A DNA stretch of 64,000 nucleotides from Sulfolobales archaeon (lineage in GTDB: Archaea; Thermoproteota; Thermoprotei_A; Sulfolobales; NBVN01): contig JAOAKQ010000004.1 in assembly GCA_026419835.1 (NCBI GenBank), forward strand, positions 42,388-106,387, written 5' to 3'. The notes below the pieces were generated by a model. It ran no database searches. It was not told the DNA's origin and saw nothing but the letters and a program-made list of their open reading frames with translations. This document shows, piece by piece, positions 1-9,491 of this stretch (positions are counted from its first letter, which is position 1; each line of letters starts with the position of its first letter). Position numbers and translations under genes: made by a program.

Positions 1-468
1 CGGGGTTGAGTAGATACCCTCTGGGACTGTCCTCACGAACTCCGCTATTAGGTTCTCCATAGCTCTGTAGTCTAGCTCCGAGACGTAGACGTCGTAGAAG
101 CGGTCTATTTTCTGCTTGAGTAGTTCGTAGTCGTCAACGCATGGAGAACCTCTGTAGTAGCTAAAGCCCATAGCCTCCACTATATCTTCAGATACGTTGG
201 CACCCGTTGAAACGAGAACGTCGACGAACCCCTCGTCGATGAGCCACCTAACGACCTTCCACATACCCCCAGGACCCATAGAGCCGGCTAAGCCCATGAA
301 GACGGTTACCTTCGGGTCTTCGAAAACTCTCAGCAGTATTTCGTAGACCTCACCGAGTTTTCTTCCCTGGTAGGCCGTTCTCGACATCTGTCGAAGTAGT
401 TCACCCACTTTCCTAGGTCTTACCTCGATAGACTCGAGCTTATCTTTAAGATACGGGCTTCTCTCCAT
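1..468 (-). CDS. dys: deoxyhypusine synthase, N-terminal part (gene continues beyond the left edge)
   Basis: My minus-strand translation from the ATG at 468 reads MERSPYLKDKLESIEV...GRKLGEVYEILLRVFEDPKVTVFMGLAGSMGPGGMWKVVRWLIDEGFVDVLVSTGANVSEDIVEAMG, typical of DHS. It is absent from the ORF track because it is truncated by the window edge. Confidence 0.8.
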   Translation of the reverse strand, partial: MERSPYLKDKLESIEVRPRKVGELLRQMSRTAYQGRKLGEVYEILLRVFEDPKVTVFMGLAGSMGPGGMWKVVRWLIDEGFVDVLVSTGANVSEDIVEAMGFSYYRGSPCVDDYELLKQKIDRFYDVYVSELDYRAMENLIAEFVRTVPEGIYSTP

Positions 469-526
469 TTTTTATCACTACGACTAGTAATCAGTAGTTT
501 TAAGCACCTACCTAGCTGATCTATAG

Positions 527-1066
527 GTGAAAACGTTGAGCTGTAGAAGTGAAGATATAGTGGAGTTTCTACTCACGAGGAGAAGTATAAGACAGTTCAA
601 GCCGGAGCCGGTTCCAGACGACGTCATACTGAAGATACTCAACATATCTAGATACGCTCCAAGCGCAGGCAATAGACAGCCCTGGATCTTCGTAGTAGTT
701 AAGGACGGTGCAATGAGGGAGAAGCTATCCAGTATTCACCCAGGGTCGGCACCACTTCTAAGAGCTCCCGTTGGAATCGTAGTTGCCTGCGACAAGAACT
801 CCTCCCCTATTTCATACCAAGTTGACTGCGCTAACGCAGCAATGTACATTATGCTCGCAGCACACGCTCTAGGTCTAGGCACTGTCTGGCTTCAGACTCT
901 CAGAAACGTTGAGGATATTCAGAAGGTTCTGGAGCTCCCGGAGAACTACGTTCCCATAGCTATACTAGCCATAGGCTACCCAGCGGAGAAGCCCCAGCCT
1001 AAGCCAAGGAAGCCCCTGGAGGAGATGGTCTACTTGAACAAGTACGGAAATAGGTACTCTACTTAA
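527..1066 (+). CDS. nitroreductase family protein
   Basis: LLTRRSIRQF...RYAPSAGNRQPW...GLGTVW motifs; length 179 aa. Confidence 0.75.
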   Translation: MKTLSCRSEDIVEFLLTRRSIRQFKPEPVPDDVILKILNISRYAPSAGNRQPWIFVVVKDGAMREKLSSIHPGSAPLLRAPVGIVVACDKNSSPISYQVDCANAAMYIMLAAHALGLGTVWLQTLRNVEDIQKVLELPENYVPIAILAIGYPAEKPQPKPRKPLEEMVYLNKYGNRYST

Positions 1067-1085
1067 GTCCGAACTCCGCCTCAGC

Positions 1086-1406
1086 TTACCTAGAGATAGC
1101 GCTCTCTATACTCCTAATCGAAGCACTCACATCGTTTTCCTTACTGATATTACCCATAGAGTCTAAGATAGGCTTAGTTAGCACCTTAAATATCTCACCG
1201 GAGTCCAGCTCAGCGAGTATCTGAGGTACCCAGGCCATTCCGTACTCGTCGGTATCTCCGTACTGTATCAGGAAGAGGTAGTCCTCAACTCTAATCTCTA
1301 GTGGAACCCCGTACCTCCTACTCAACTCCTCAGCTATCTCCTTGAAGTACTTGTGGAGTGGGTGGTGGTCCGCCGTTACCAGTATTAGCCTAGCTAGTCT
1401 ACCCAT
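1086..1406 (-). CDS. hypothetical protein
   Basis: Clean 106-aa ORF filling the gap between flanking genes. No recognisable motif. Confidence 0.4.
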   Translation of the reverse strand: MGRLARLILVTADHHPLHKYFKEIAEELSRRYGVPLEIRVEDYLFLIQYGDTDEYGMAWVPQILAELDSGEIFKVLTKPILDSMGNISKENDVSASIRSIESAISR

Positions 1407-1538
1407 ACAGAGCGCACCAAGAGATGTAGCTAGGTAGGAATATATGTGACTGAAGAAGCTTGCTTCCGGCTCTAGGTAGCGGAATCTACTTTCGATTCTA
1501 TCGTTTAGGTTCTTCCATCGTCTGCGGGCTTATAAGTT

Positions 1539-2219
1539 CTATCTTGGGAAGTGTCTGAGAGCTTTAGCGCACATTTCAGCTACCTGCCTAGGGCTTCGGG
1601 ACCTGGTGATAGCTCCTCCAACAACAACAATCTGGGCTCCAGCGTCTAGAAGTACCGGTATATCTTCTGGTTTAATTCCACCGCTCACAGATAGAATTAA
1701 CTCGCTCACCTCCTTCGAGAGAATTCTCACCGTATCTCGTAAACCAGCGGCTGTGAATCCAAGAGACCTCTGCACATCTATACCTACGTGAACGTTCACA
1801 GCCTCCACACCGATCTCAGCTAGTTCTCTCGCTCTAGTCACTACATCACCTCTGAACCCGATAAAGTCAGCAACAACGTCCCCGCCCAAGCTTCTCGAAG
1901 TTCTAACGGCGGACTCTACGACTACGTTATCAGCTAGCGCCAGGACCGTCATGAAATCCGCTCCGCTCCTAATAGCTAGCTCAGCCTCTAGAGCGCCGGC
2001 ATCGACTGTCTTAGTATCAGCTAGAACCGGGGTTCTCTCGACGAAGTTCCTTATCTCCGATACGGATTTCATCCCCTCGGACTTAATGAGGGGTGTCCCG
2101 ACTTCAACTATTCCGAGGTCTAGGTCGCGTATCTCGGATAGGATCCGCAGGGCCTGCTCTACGGACGTGAAGTCGAGTGCGACTTGGAGCGCGGGGAGCT
2201 TTAGGTCCCTTATCTTCAT
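1539..2219 (-). CDS. 3-hexulose-6-phosphate synthase-like (OMP decarboxylase superfamily)
   Basis: LQVALD...EVGTPLIKSEG...LADTKTVDAGALE...HVGIDVQ pattern matches HPS/KGPDC rather than PyrF. Confidence 0.7.
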   Translation of the reverse strand: MKIRDLKLPALQVALDFTSVEQALRILSEIRDLDLGIVEVGTPLIKSEGMKSVSEIRNFVERTPVLADTKTVDAGALEAELAIRSGADFMTVLALADNVVVESAVRTSRSLGGDVVADFIGFRGDVVTRARELAEIGVEAVNVHVGIDVQRSLGFTAAGLRDTVRILSKEVSELILSVSGGIKPEDIPVLLDAGAQIVVVGGAITRSRSPRQVAEMCAKALRHFPR

Positions 2220-2263
2220 CTAAAAACACTGCTTAGCTTTTAAAGTCGGGGGATTCGCGGGTG

Positions 2264-2557
2264 CTACTTTCTTGCTAGCACTATCTCGATGGTAGATACT
2301 CTAGACTGCCTTCCTTCACCGGTGCTCAGTACCTGGCTCCCGATTCTTATGTCCTTAACCTCTACTCTGTCCGGTAGGAACCTGCTTCTCACTATCTCCA
2401 CAGCGTCAACGGCCTTGCTGATGGCTCTTCCTCTAGCTTTTATAACTATCTCCGGCACTCCCTGGTGTAGTAGGGTTAGGGTAGCCATTACGTAGTTCAT
2501 TACCGGCTTCTTACCCACTAGGATTACGTTTGTAGCTGCGGGTGCTGGACCGCCCAT
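2264..2557 (-). CDS. albA: chromatin protein Alba (Sso10b family)
   Basis: [53 protein letters not shown]...[13 protein letters not shown] is near-colinear with Sulfolobus Alba. Confidence 0.95.
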   Translation of the reverse strand: MGGPAPAATNVILVGKKPVMNYVMATLTLLHQGVPEIVIKARGRAISKAVDAVEIVRSRFLPDRVEVKDIRIGSQVLSTGEGRQSRVSTIEIVLARK

Positions 2558-2724
2558 CTATACCACCTGCTCTTATTTCACATGATAAGGTAGGATTGCC
2601 TTATAAGCTTTTCTACAGCTTCCAGCGGCTCGGTGTCGGTGGGTACTTACCTAACTTGAGGTGGGTGCGCAGCTCTATATTACTTACTGCTTTAAAGCAC
2701 TTGCGCTCTAAAGTAGCTTGTTCG

Positions 2725-3072
2725 GTGCTGAATCTGGACTACGTGTCTACATTAGTGCTGGTACTACTAGCGGTACTAGTGGCTGCTGCGGGTCTTGGTA
2801 GGTCTTTACCTATTAGATTACTTAAAGCAGCCGGAAGACCCGGCTACAGCTCGAAGTCTCTGAAGCACGGTGAGGTTTTATCCGATGTACTAACTCGCAG
2901 TGTTGTCAGGAAAGTTAAGGTCAGTAAGGTAGGTAACTACCTAATACTAACGGTAGTTCTGAGGACATCCGTAGATTCGGACGCTGAAGTCGAGATCGAA
3001 GAACCTCTGGTGCTACTTAGTGATGGGGAGATAATAGCGAGAAACGCGAGTGCGGAAGAGTTAGGTAGTTAA
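2725..3072 (+). CDS. hypothetical small membrane-anchored protein (start uncertain)
   Basis: The track ORF 2542..3072 overlaps the alba start. An internal GTG at 2725 follows a TTTAAAG TATA-like box at about 2691 and opens on the hydrophobic segment LVLVLLAVLVAAAGLG. Confidence 0.3.
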   Translation: MLNLDYVSTLVLVLLAVLVAAAGLGRSLPIRLLKAAGRPGYSSKSLKHGEVLSDVLTRSVVRKVKVSKVGNYLILTVVLRTSVDSDAEVEIEEPLVLLSDGEIIARNASAEELGS

Positions 3073-3089
3073 ATTACAGCGCGCATGAT

Positions 3090-4748
3090 TTGGTGGTAAA
3101 CGAGTTGGGGCCATCGCTAGAAGTGCGAGTGTGTAGATGGCTATCTGAAGAAGAATTCGGGGAGATACTGAAGTACGCTGACTACGTTGGCCGCATTGGG
3201 AGGTGCTCAATATTTAAGTTGAACCCGGCTAGAATCGCGCGTGAGGATGTGGACGTGGAGGACCTAGTAGCTTTTCTAACCGATATAGAGGCTGAGTTCG
3301 ATGAGGACCGCTTGAGAAGCCTTCTTCGAAGAGAAGAGAGGGTCGCTGAACTGACCTACCGCTCGAACTACGTATACGTTAAATTCAACTTCTTTCTAGG
3401 TGATGAACTTAGAGACTCTCTCTCGGAGTTTAAGCCTAGGTACGTGCGTGGTGAGAGCGCCTTCCTAGTACACCCCATGCACTACGCTAGCTTCGTGGAG
3501 ATGCTTAGGAGGCGGGGCATTGCGGTTGTAGATAGAACGGGTTTTCTAAGTAGAGCTAAGCTCGACGCCTCCGTGGAGCTGAAGATCTCTCTCAGGGACT
3601 ACCAGAGAGAAGCTCTGGAGAGGTGGGTGAAGAACGGTTGTAGAGGCATCGTGGCTCTCCCAACGGGCTCCGGCAAGACCCTGATAGCTATAGCGGCTAT
3701 TGCGGAAACTGGGGAGAGAGCGCTGATAGTTGTTATAACTAAGGACCACGTGAGGCAGTGGTACGATGAAATAGCTAAGTCTTCAACAATACCTCTAGAG
3801 CTAGTAGGTTTCTACTACTCCGAGCAGAAGAGAGTGGCGCCTATTACTATAGCAACATACCAATCCGCCTTTAGATACATAGGTAGACTAGCACCACACT
3901 TCAGTCTCCTAATAATAGATGAAGTCCACCACCTACCGGCAGATAAGTTCAAGCGCATAGCACTCGGCTCGCCAGCACCTAAGAGACTAGGACTTTCCGC
4001 AACTCCGTATAGAGAAGACGGGAGACACGCGGAGCTGTTCCCTCTAATGGGGGGTGTGGTCTACTACAGATCACCCGCAGAACTCGCTGAGGCGGGCTTC
4101 CTAGCTCGGTACGAAATAGTGACAGTTAAAGTCGGTCTAAAACCGGATGAGAAGAAGAAGTACTTAGAGCTCAAGAAGAAGTTTAAGAACCTAGTCGGTG
4201 AAGCTAAGTTCGATGATATTCTCGAAGCGGCTAGGAGAGGAGATGAGAAGGCTGTTGAAGCCCTCAAGCTGGTTACCGAGATGAGGAAGATCTTTCAGAT
4301 GAGCAGGTCTAAGGTAGAGAAAGTTAGGGAGGTAGTCGAGAAGGAGCGCGGTTCTAAGATCATAGTCTTCGCACACTACGTAGAGCTAGCTAAAGAAATA
4401 GCTAGAGAAGTCGGCGGTCTACTCCTAACTGGCGAGACTGAGACATCTAAGAGAGAGGAAGTACTGAGGACATTTAGGGAGAGTAAGGAGGGAATTCTAG
4501 TGGTTACCACGGTCGGAGATGAAGGACTCGACATACCTGACGCCAGTGTAGGTATTCTAGTTGCTGGTACCTCATCACCTAGGCAGTTCGCGCAGAGACT
4601 CGGCCGCCTACTAAGACCCGGTCCGGGTAAGGTCGCCAAGCTCTACGAAGTAATTACCAGGGGAACGGCTGAAGAACTTCACTCGAAGAGAAGGAGAGAC
4701 TTCTCGGTAGTTAGCGAGCTAGAGACTGGGTCAGAGAAGAGTAGTTAG
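3090..4748 (+). CDS. xpb: XPB/Rad25-type SF2 DNA helicase
   Basis: Walker A LPTGSGKT, DEVHH, SATPYREDG (RED motif), a long helical insert, and C-terminal motifs TTVGDEGLDIP and QRLGR. Confidence 0.85.
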   Translation: MVVNELGPSLEVRVCRWLSEEEFGEILKYADYVGRIGRCSIFKLNPARIAREDVDVEDLVAFLTDIEAEFDEDRLRSLLRREERVAELTYRSNYVYVKFNFFLGDELRDSLSEFKPRYVRGESAFLVHPMHYASFVEMLRRRGIAVVDRTGFLSRAKLDASVELKISLRDYQREALERWVKNGCRGIVALPTGSGKTLIAIAAIAETGERALIVVITKDHVRQWYDEIAKSSTIPLELVGFYYSEQKRVAPITIATYQSAFRYIGRLAPHFSLLIIDEVHHLPADKFKRIALGSPAPKRLGLSATPYREDGRHAELFPLMGGVVYYRSPAELAEAGFLARYEIVTVKVGLKPDEKKKYLELKKKFKNLVGEAKFDDILEAARRGDEKAVEALKLVTEMRKIFQMSRSKVEKVREVVEKERGSKIIVFAHYVELAKEIAREVGGLLLTGETETSKREEVLRTFRESKEGILVVTTVGDEGLDIPDASVGILVAGTSSPRQFAQRLGRLLRPGPGKVAKLYEVITRGTAEELHSKRRRDFSVVSELETGSEKSS

Positions 4749-4770
4749 CTGAGAGACGATCTCCGGGTAG

Positions 4771-5604
4771 CTACGCTCTGAGTGCGGAGAGGATCTTCAG
4801 CGCATCTTCCTCTAGGTTGGGTGACTCCGATATTATAACGCCCTCGACCTTGAATTCCTTCACAGCTTCCACAGCCGCTAGCCAGTTAAATCTCGACTCA
4901 TCGAAGTTTAGGTGAGCCCTCTCACCTCTCTCACCGTACTCTATTCCGGACATGTGTATGTGGGAGTTCTTCAGCGCGTCGGAACCAAGTCTCTTCTCAA
5001 CCTCTTCAAGCACCTTCCTGAAGCTCTCTAAGTCGTTAGCTCTACCGATGCTCCTAGCGTGTATGTGTGCGAAGTCGACTGCCGGTAGGGCCATGTCTAT
5101 TCCTTCAACAATGGAGAGCACCTCCTCGAGAGAACCTACCTCAGCTAAACCACCCATGGTCTCCGGTCTAACCCAGATCTTCACGTTCATGTCCTCCAGA
5201 ACTTTAACTACCTGCTTCAAAGTCTCTCTAACTACTCTCACAGCTTCCTCGGACCCGTACCTTCCGTAGTACCCGGAGTGGAAGACCACGGAGCGCGCTC
5301 CAGCTATGTAGGCTATCTTAGCCGACTCCACGATCCTCTCCGCGGACGCCCTCCTAACGTCGTTCCTATCGGACAGTAGGTTGATGAAGTAAGGTGCGTG
5401 AGCCGTTAGAGCTACACTCAGGTCCTTCGCAACTTCGCGGACTCTAATAGCGGCCTCGCTACTCAGGTTTATACCTCTAACGAACTCTAGCTCCATAGCG
5501 CTGAGGCCCAGCTCAGCAACTCTCTTAATACCCTCCACAGTATTCTTGCGCTTCGTTGAGTTGGGGATCCCGGCGGTACCTACGAAAACTCCGCGAATGC
5601 TCAA
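4771..5604 (-). CDS. nfo: endonuclease IV (xylose isomerase-like TIM barrel)
   Basis: HAPYFINL, VFHSGYY, ETMGG, FAHIHA, HIHMSGIEYG metal-ligand pattern. TTG start. Confidence 0.8.
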   Translation of the reverse strand: MSIRGVFVGTAGIPNSTKRKNTVEGIKRVAELGLSAMELEFVRGINLSSEAAIRVREVAKDLSVALTAHAPYFINLLSDRNDVRRASAERIVESAKIAYIAGARSVVFHSGYYGRYGSEEAVRVVRETLKQVVKVLEDMNVKIWVRPETMGGLAEVGSLEEVLSIVEGIDMALPAVDFAHIHARSIGRANDLESFRKVLEEVEKRLGSDALKNSHIHMSGIEYGERGERAHLNFDESRFNWLAAVEAVKEFKVEGVIISESPNLEEDALKILSALRA

Positions 5605-5633
5605 GTCATTACCCGAAAACCACTGGCTACCTG

Positions 5634-5643
5634 AATATAAAAG
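5634..5643 (-). promoter_or_regulatory. TATA-like box upstream of nfo
   Basis: The minus strand reads CTTTTATATT, centred about 34 nt upstream of the TTG start at 5604. Confidence 0.4.
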
Positions 5644-5690
5644 TGAGCGGAGAAGGCACTCGCTGAGCGCTAGCTTAAGGTACTCAGACC

Positions 5691-5720
5691 CCGGTATCCA
5701 AGTAACCGGTATCCAAGTAA
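5691..5720. repeat. perfect 15-nt tandem duplication (CCGGTATCCAAGTAA x2)
   Basis: Read directly from the sequence. It abuts the stop codon at 5721-5723 of the eIF-2B-family gene. Confidence 0.9.
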
Positions 5721-6710
5721 CTACTCTAAGTCCACCGCGTGCGCTAGGTGTTCTGTAGAGGTCGGCGCTACTCCGTATTCTTCTACTAGTATGAGCATTG
5801 CTGATTGCGGAGGTATAACGCCCTTCTCAGTAATAATGGCGTCCACGTACTCCGGTGGTGTTGCGTCGAAGACCGGGTTGAAGACCTCTACCCCGGGGTT
5901 CTCCGCTAGCCAGGCGAAGTCGACGATCTCAGTTGGCTCCCTCACTTCTATCGGTACGAGCTCTCCGATTATCGTGTAGGGACTGAACTTGTACGTCTCG
6001 CTAGCTACGTACACTCTAGCTCTAGCTTCTTTAGCCGCTAGAGCCACTAGGGACGTCCCGATCTTGTTTATTACGGCTCCATTAGCCGCTACAGCGTCGG
6101 CTCCAACAACTACCTTATCTACTCTCTTCATGTAGTACCTAACCGCGGAGTCCGGTATGAGAACTACTTCAACACCTTCTCTAGCCAGCTCAGCGGCGGT
6201 TATAAGACCTTGAAGAGCTGGCCTTGTCTCCTTAACGTAGACTCTCCCGACCTTCCCCTGCCTGTGGGCTGTGATGATGACCTCAACGGAGGCTCTGCTA
6301 TGGCAGTGAGTCATTAGGGTATCCCCCCTCTCGATCCTCTTAGCACCGAGCTGAGCTATCACCTTAACGGCGTTCTCCGAGTAGGCTATGAACTCTCTAG
6401 CCGCTCTAGTAACCACCTCGACGGCTTCTTCAACCGACGAGGGGCGGCCCTTCTCCAGTCTACTCATAACGTAGGATATCGAGTTGGGTAGAGACACCGC
6501 CGTTGGTCTCGCGGACTTAACGTAGTCAGCGACAGCCTTCAAGTACTTCTTGAAGTCCTCGAGGTCCTTACCTGAGTACTTCTCAGCGGCTATAGCTATT
6601 GCCTGAGCTCCGTGCCTAGCTATGTTGCCGGCACCCCGGATCTTCATCGTCTTTATGTCCTCCCTTATTCTAACAACCTCCAGCGGCACTCTGTAGCCGG
6701 CTATCTCCAT
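5721..6710 (-). CDS. eIF-2B alpha/beta/delta family protein (ribose-1,5-bisphosphate isomerase-like)
   Basis: MKIRGAGNIARHGA...THCHS...VYVKETRPALQG...VVVGADAVAANGAVINKIGTS. I prefer the ATG at 6710 (MEIAGYR) over the track start at 6764 because it overlaps the upstream stop by only 10 nt. Confidence 0.75.
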   Translation of the reverse strand: MEIAGYRVPLEVVRIREDIKTMKIRGAGNIARHGAQAIAIAAEKYSGKDLEDFKKYLKAVADYVKSARPTAVSLPNSISYVMSRLEKGRPSSVEEAVEVVTRAAREFIAYSENAVKVIAQLGAKRIERGDTLMTHCHSRASVEVIITAHRQGKVGRVYVKETRPALQGLITAAELAREGVEVVLIPDSAVRYYMKRVDKVVVGADAVAANGAVINKIGTSLVALAAKEARARVYVASETYKFSPYTIIGELVPIEVREPTEIVDFAWLAENPGVEVFNPVFDATPPEYVDAIITEKGVIPPQSAMLILVEEYGVAPTSTEHLAHAVDLE

Positions 6711-7717
6711 AGGGACACCAGCTCCGAAATGGTTGATTCGAGAGTCTTCCGCTCCTTGGGCCACCCCATGAGTTCTCGAGCTAGGTATATAGCTAGTTGA
6801 GGAGCTACCAGCCCCCTCTCAGTTATAATGGCATCTACGTACTCGGGCGGTGTTACGTCGTAGAGAGGAGTTCTCACATGGAGGTTCCTACCTAGGTATG
6901 GAGCTAGCTCACTCATCCTCTCGGAAGGCACCACGAGCTCCGGGTTCTCCGCCTCCTCTATAGCGACCAGGTCCCCGAATACTGTCTCGGTTCCGAACTT
7001 GTACAGTCCGGAAACCACGTAGACTCTGACCCTAGCTTCCTTAGCCGCTAGAGCTATGGCTGAAGTCCCGACCTTGTTTACAACGGCACCGTTAGCGGCT
7101 ATAGCTTCAGCACTTACGAAAACCTTGTCAACGCTCTTCATTACGTACCTAACTGCGGAATCTACAATTAGGGTTGTCTTAATACCTACTCTCCGTAGAT
7201 AAGATGCGGTTAGCTTTCCCTCACCACCAGGTCTGGACTCAGTTGCGTATACTGAGATGTTTAAGCCTCTCTCGGGTGCTTTAGTTAGAAGCCTCAGAAC
7301 GGTGGTACTGTAGGAGTGTGTTAGTATTGTGTCCCCATTCTCAATTCTCTTAAGAGCTAGTTCGGAAGCTGCTTCCCTGGCGCTCAGCACATAGTTCTCT
7401 ACTTCTCTAACTACGCTACCCGTGTCTAAGTTTAAAGAAGCCTTAGCTACTCTTTGTTGTGAGATCCTATCACACGATTTCTCTATGAACATCTGGAGAA
7501 GGTTGCGAACGGCTTGAGAAGTAGGTCTAGCCTCCACAGCGGCTCTAACTAAGCCATCTATTCCCATAGGTAGGTCCTGCTGGCAGTTTCCAACTACCTC
7601 AGCAAACGCCTTAACTATGCTTAAAGCTGCTTCGGTAGACCCCAGTATTCTGAAGTCTCTAGCATCACTCAGAACTCTATGATATAACGATAGGACCTCC
7701 GCGCACTTCATCACCAC
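6701..7717 (-). CDS. eIF-2B alpha/beta/delta family protein, tandem paralog
   Basis: THSYS...VYATESRPGGEG...VFVSAEAIAANGAVVNKVGTS...YDVTPPEYVDAIITE parallels the downstream paralog. Confidence 0.7.
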   Translation of the reverse strand: MVMKCAEVLSLYHRVLSDARDFRILGSTEAALSIVKAFAEVVGNCQQDLPMGIDGLVRAAVEARPTSQAVRNLLQMFIEKSCDRISQQRVAKASLNLDTGSVVREVENYVLSAREAASELALKRIENGDTILTHSYSTTVLRLLTKAPERGLNISVYATESRPGGEGKLTASYLRRVGIKTTLIVDSAVRYVMKSVDKVFVSAEAIAANGAVVNKVGTSAIALAAKEARVRVYVVSGLYKFGTETVFGDLVAIEEAENPELVVPSERMSELAPYLGRNLHVRTPLYDVTPPEYVDAIITERGLVAPQLAIYLARELMGWPKERKTLESTISELVSLWR

Positions 7718-8033
7718 AACTTCGGGTCCGGAGCCTTATAATTTCAATTCTATCGCCTAGAATCCGCGCCCAGTCCCTCCGATCGCTCAGGTTTCTCCGC
7801 GCCTCTGTCGCTCGCGGGTTCGCAGGCTCTTATCTCAGGAGTAAACCGGCGGCCACCCAAATCTCTATTTGTAGTTATGGCAAGTCACCGTACCTCTGAG
7901 ATGCGTTTAGAAGAAATCAGTATTAACGCTGTGAGCAGCCTCCAGAAGATTACTAGCGGAGCTTGAGCGCTAGTTTAGGTTAGTTACTAAGTGCTTTTAA
8001 GCCGGAGCCCCCACTCCTTTAAGGTGAGGAGTC

Positions 8034-8354
8034 TTGCCGTTGATAGAGGTTGGGAGGATCTGCGTTAAGGTAGCCGGTAGAGAAGCCGGTAGGAAGGCTG
8101 TTATCGTCGATGTAGTGGACGATAACTTCATCGTCGTAACGGGTCCTAAGGACCTCACGGGAGTTAAGAGAAGGAGGGTGAACGTTAAGCACGTTGAGAT
8201 AGTGGATAGGAAGATTGAGATACCTAGAGGTGCCAGCGACGAGGAGGTAATTAGAGCTCTGGAAGCCGCCGGCTTGCTGGAGTTTATGAAGGAGAGAGCT
8301 AGAGTAGGTAGGAGGGAGGTCCTGGCGGCAGCCACCCTAATCCCCAGAGAGTAG
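8034..8354 (+). CDS. rpl14e: 50S ribosomal protein L14e
   Basis: [50 protein letters not shown] is almost colinear with Sulfolobus L14e. TTG start, GGTGAGGAG just upstream, TTTTAAG box at about 7995. Confidence 0.9.
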   Translation: MPLIEVGRICVKVAGREAGRKAVIVDVVDDNFIVVTGPKDLTGVKRRRVNVKHVEIVDRKIEIPRGASDEEVIRALEAAGLLEFMKERARVGRREVLAAATLIPRE

Positions 8355-8472
8355 AGGCCGGCTGTGAGCTCTACTTCGCAGCAACCTATTACTTTTCTCA
8401 AACTACCTACCTCGGTGTGAGACTCTGGAGGAGGTATTCAAGTTCATCGCAGAGCTAGATAGGTTCGCCGGC

Positions 8473-9470
8473 GTGGAGAGGAGGTACTTGGTGAAGAAGG
8501 AAGGCACTACGGACCCGAACTACGGGAAGCCACCGACATCTAGGACCGTGGAGGAGCTCCTGAGGTACGGCGTCGTCAACCTAGACAAACCCCCAGGTCC
8601 GACCAGCCACGAAGTGGTTGCCTGGGTCAAGAAGCTCCTGAACGTTCCTAGGGCAGGGCACGGGGGTACCCTAGAGCCCTCCTAGGGTGGGGATACCCCA
8701 AGGTCTCCGGCGTCCTGCCGGTAGCTCTAGATAGAGCTACGAAGCTCATAGGCCTGATATCGCACTCAAGTAAGGAGTACGTAGCTCTAGCCCAGCTGCA
8801 CTCGGAAGTACCTAGGGAGAGATTCGAGGAGGTCGTCAGGGAGTTCGCCGGTAGGATATACCAGAAGCCCCCGGTTAGGTCTTCCGTTAAGAGGGTCCTC
8901 AGGGTTAAGGAGGTCTACGAGATCGAGGTGCTGGAGTACGAAGACCTGTACGCACTGATGAGGATCTCCTGCCAGCACGGAACCTACGTGAGGAAGCTAA
9001 TACACGACATAGGCGAAGTCCTCGGGGTCGGAGCCCACATGAGGGAGCTTAGGCGAACTAGGACCGGGCCTTTTAGAGAGGAGAGGAGTGTGAGAATGCA
9101 GGAGCTCTCCGAAGCCGTCTACGTCTACAGAGAGATGGGCCGCGACGATAGGCTGAAGTCGGCGATCCTCCCCCAGGAGTACATAGCGTCCCACCTACCG
9201 AAGGTCCTAGTTCTCGACGGCGCCGCTGCGGCCATATCTCACGGCGCCGACCTAGCGGTTCCGGGGATCTCGGTAATATCGGAGGGAATTAAGAGGGGGG
9301 ACGTAGTGGCGCTATTCACGCTCAAGGGTGAGTTAGTTGCGCTAGCTAAAGCCCTGATGTCTACGGAGGAGGTGCTGTCGAGCGATAGGGGGGTGGCCTT
9401 CAAAACGACTAGAGTAGTACTCGAGAGGGGGGTCTACCCGAGAACTTGGAGAAAAAAGACGTCTACCTAG
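8473..9470 (+). CDS. cbf5: H/ACA RNP pseudouridine synthase Cbf5, interrupted by a 20-nt intron (join 8473..8675, 8696..9470)
   Basis: Exon 1 ends at ...[32 protein letters not shown]. The next frame continues [17 protein letters not shown]... through a PUA-like C-terminus. Removing 8676-8695 restores GHGGTLDPKVSG, which contains the catalytic Asp. Confidence 0.9.
8676..8695 (+). other. predicted archaeal pre-mRNA intron in cbf5 (boundary could equally be 8675..8694)
   Basis: There is an in-frame stop at 8683-8685 and a frame change. Excising 20 nt recreates codon GAC (Asp). The site lies within the nested inverted repeats GGGGTA(8663-8668)/TACCCC(8694-8699) and CCCTAG(8669-8674)/CTAGGG(8682-8687). 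Confidence 0.7.
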
Positions 9471-9491
9471 CTAGGCACTTCCTCCGGTTCC

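Noticed and set aside
7718-8033. Possible H/ACA or other sRNA in the 316-nt gap between the eIF-2B paralog and rpl14e (stem GGTTTCTCC/GGAGTAAACC, repeated TCCGCGCC)
   Set aside because: I could not find a convincing pseudouridylation pocket, K-turn and ANA box arrangement, nor any C/D boxes. The region is left unannotated.
7997-8401. 134-aa minus-strand ORF
   Set aside because: Antisense shadow of rpl14e. Its composition is low-complexity (S/T/L/A-rich), whereas the plus frame matches L14e closely.
8671-8681. Alternative 11-nt intron in cbf5, which also restores the reading frame
   Set aside because: It would give [15 protein letters not shown], which lacks the catalytic Asp of pseudouridine synthases. 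The 20-nt excision restores the conserved GTLDPKV.
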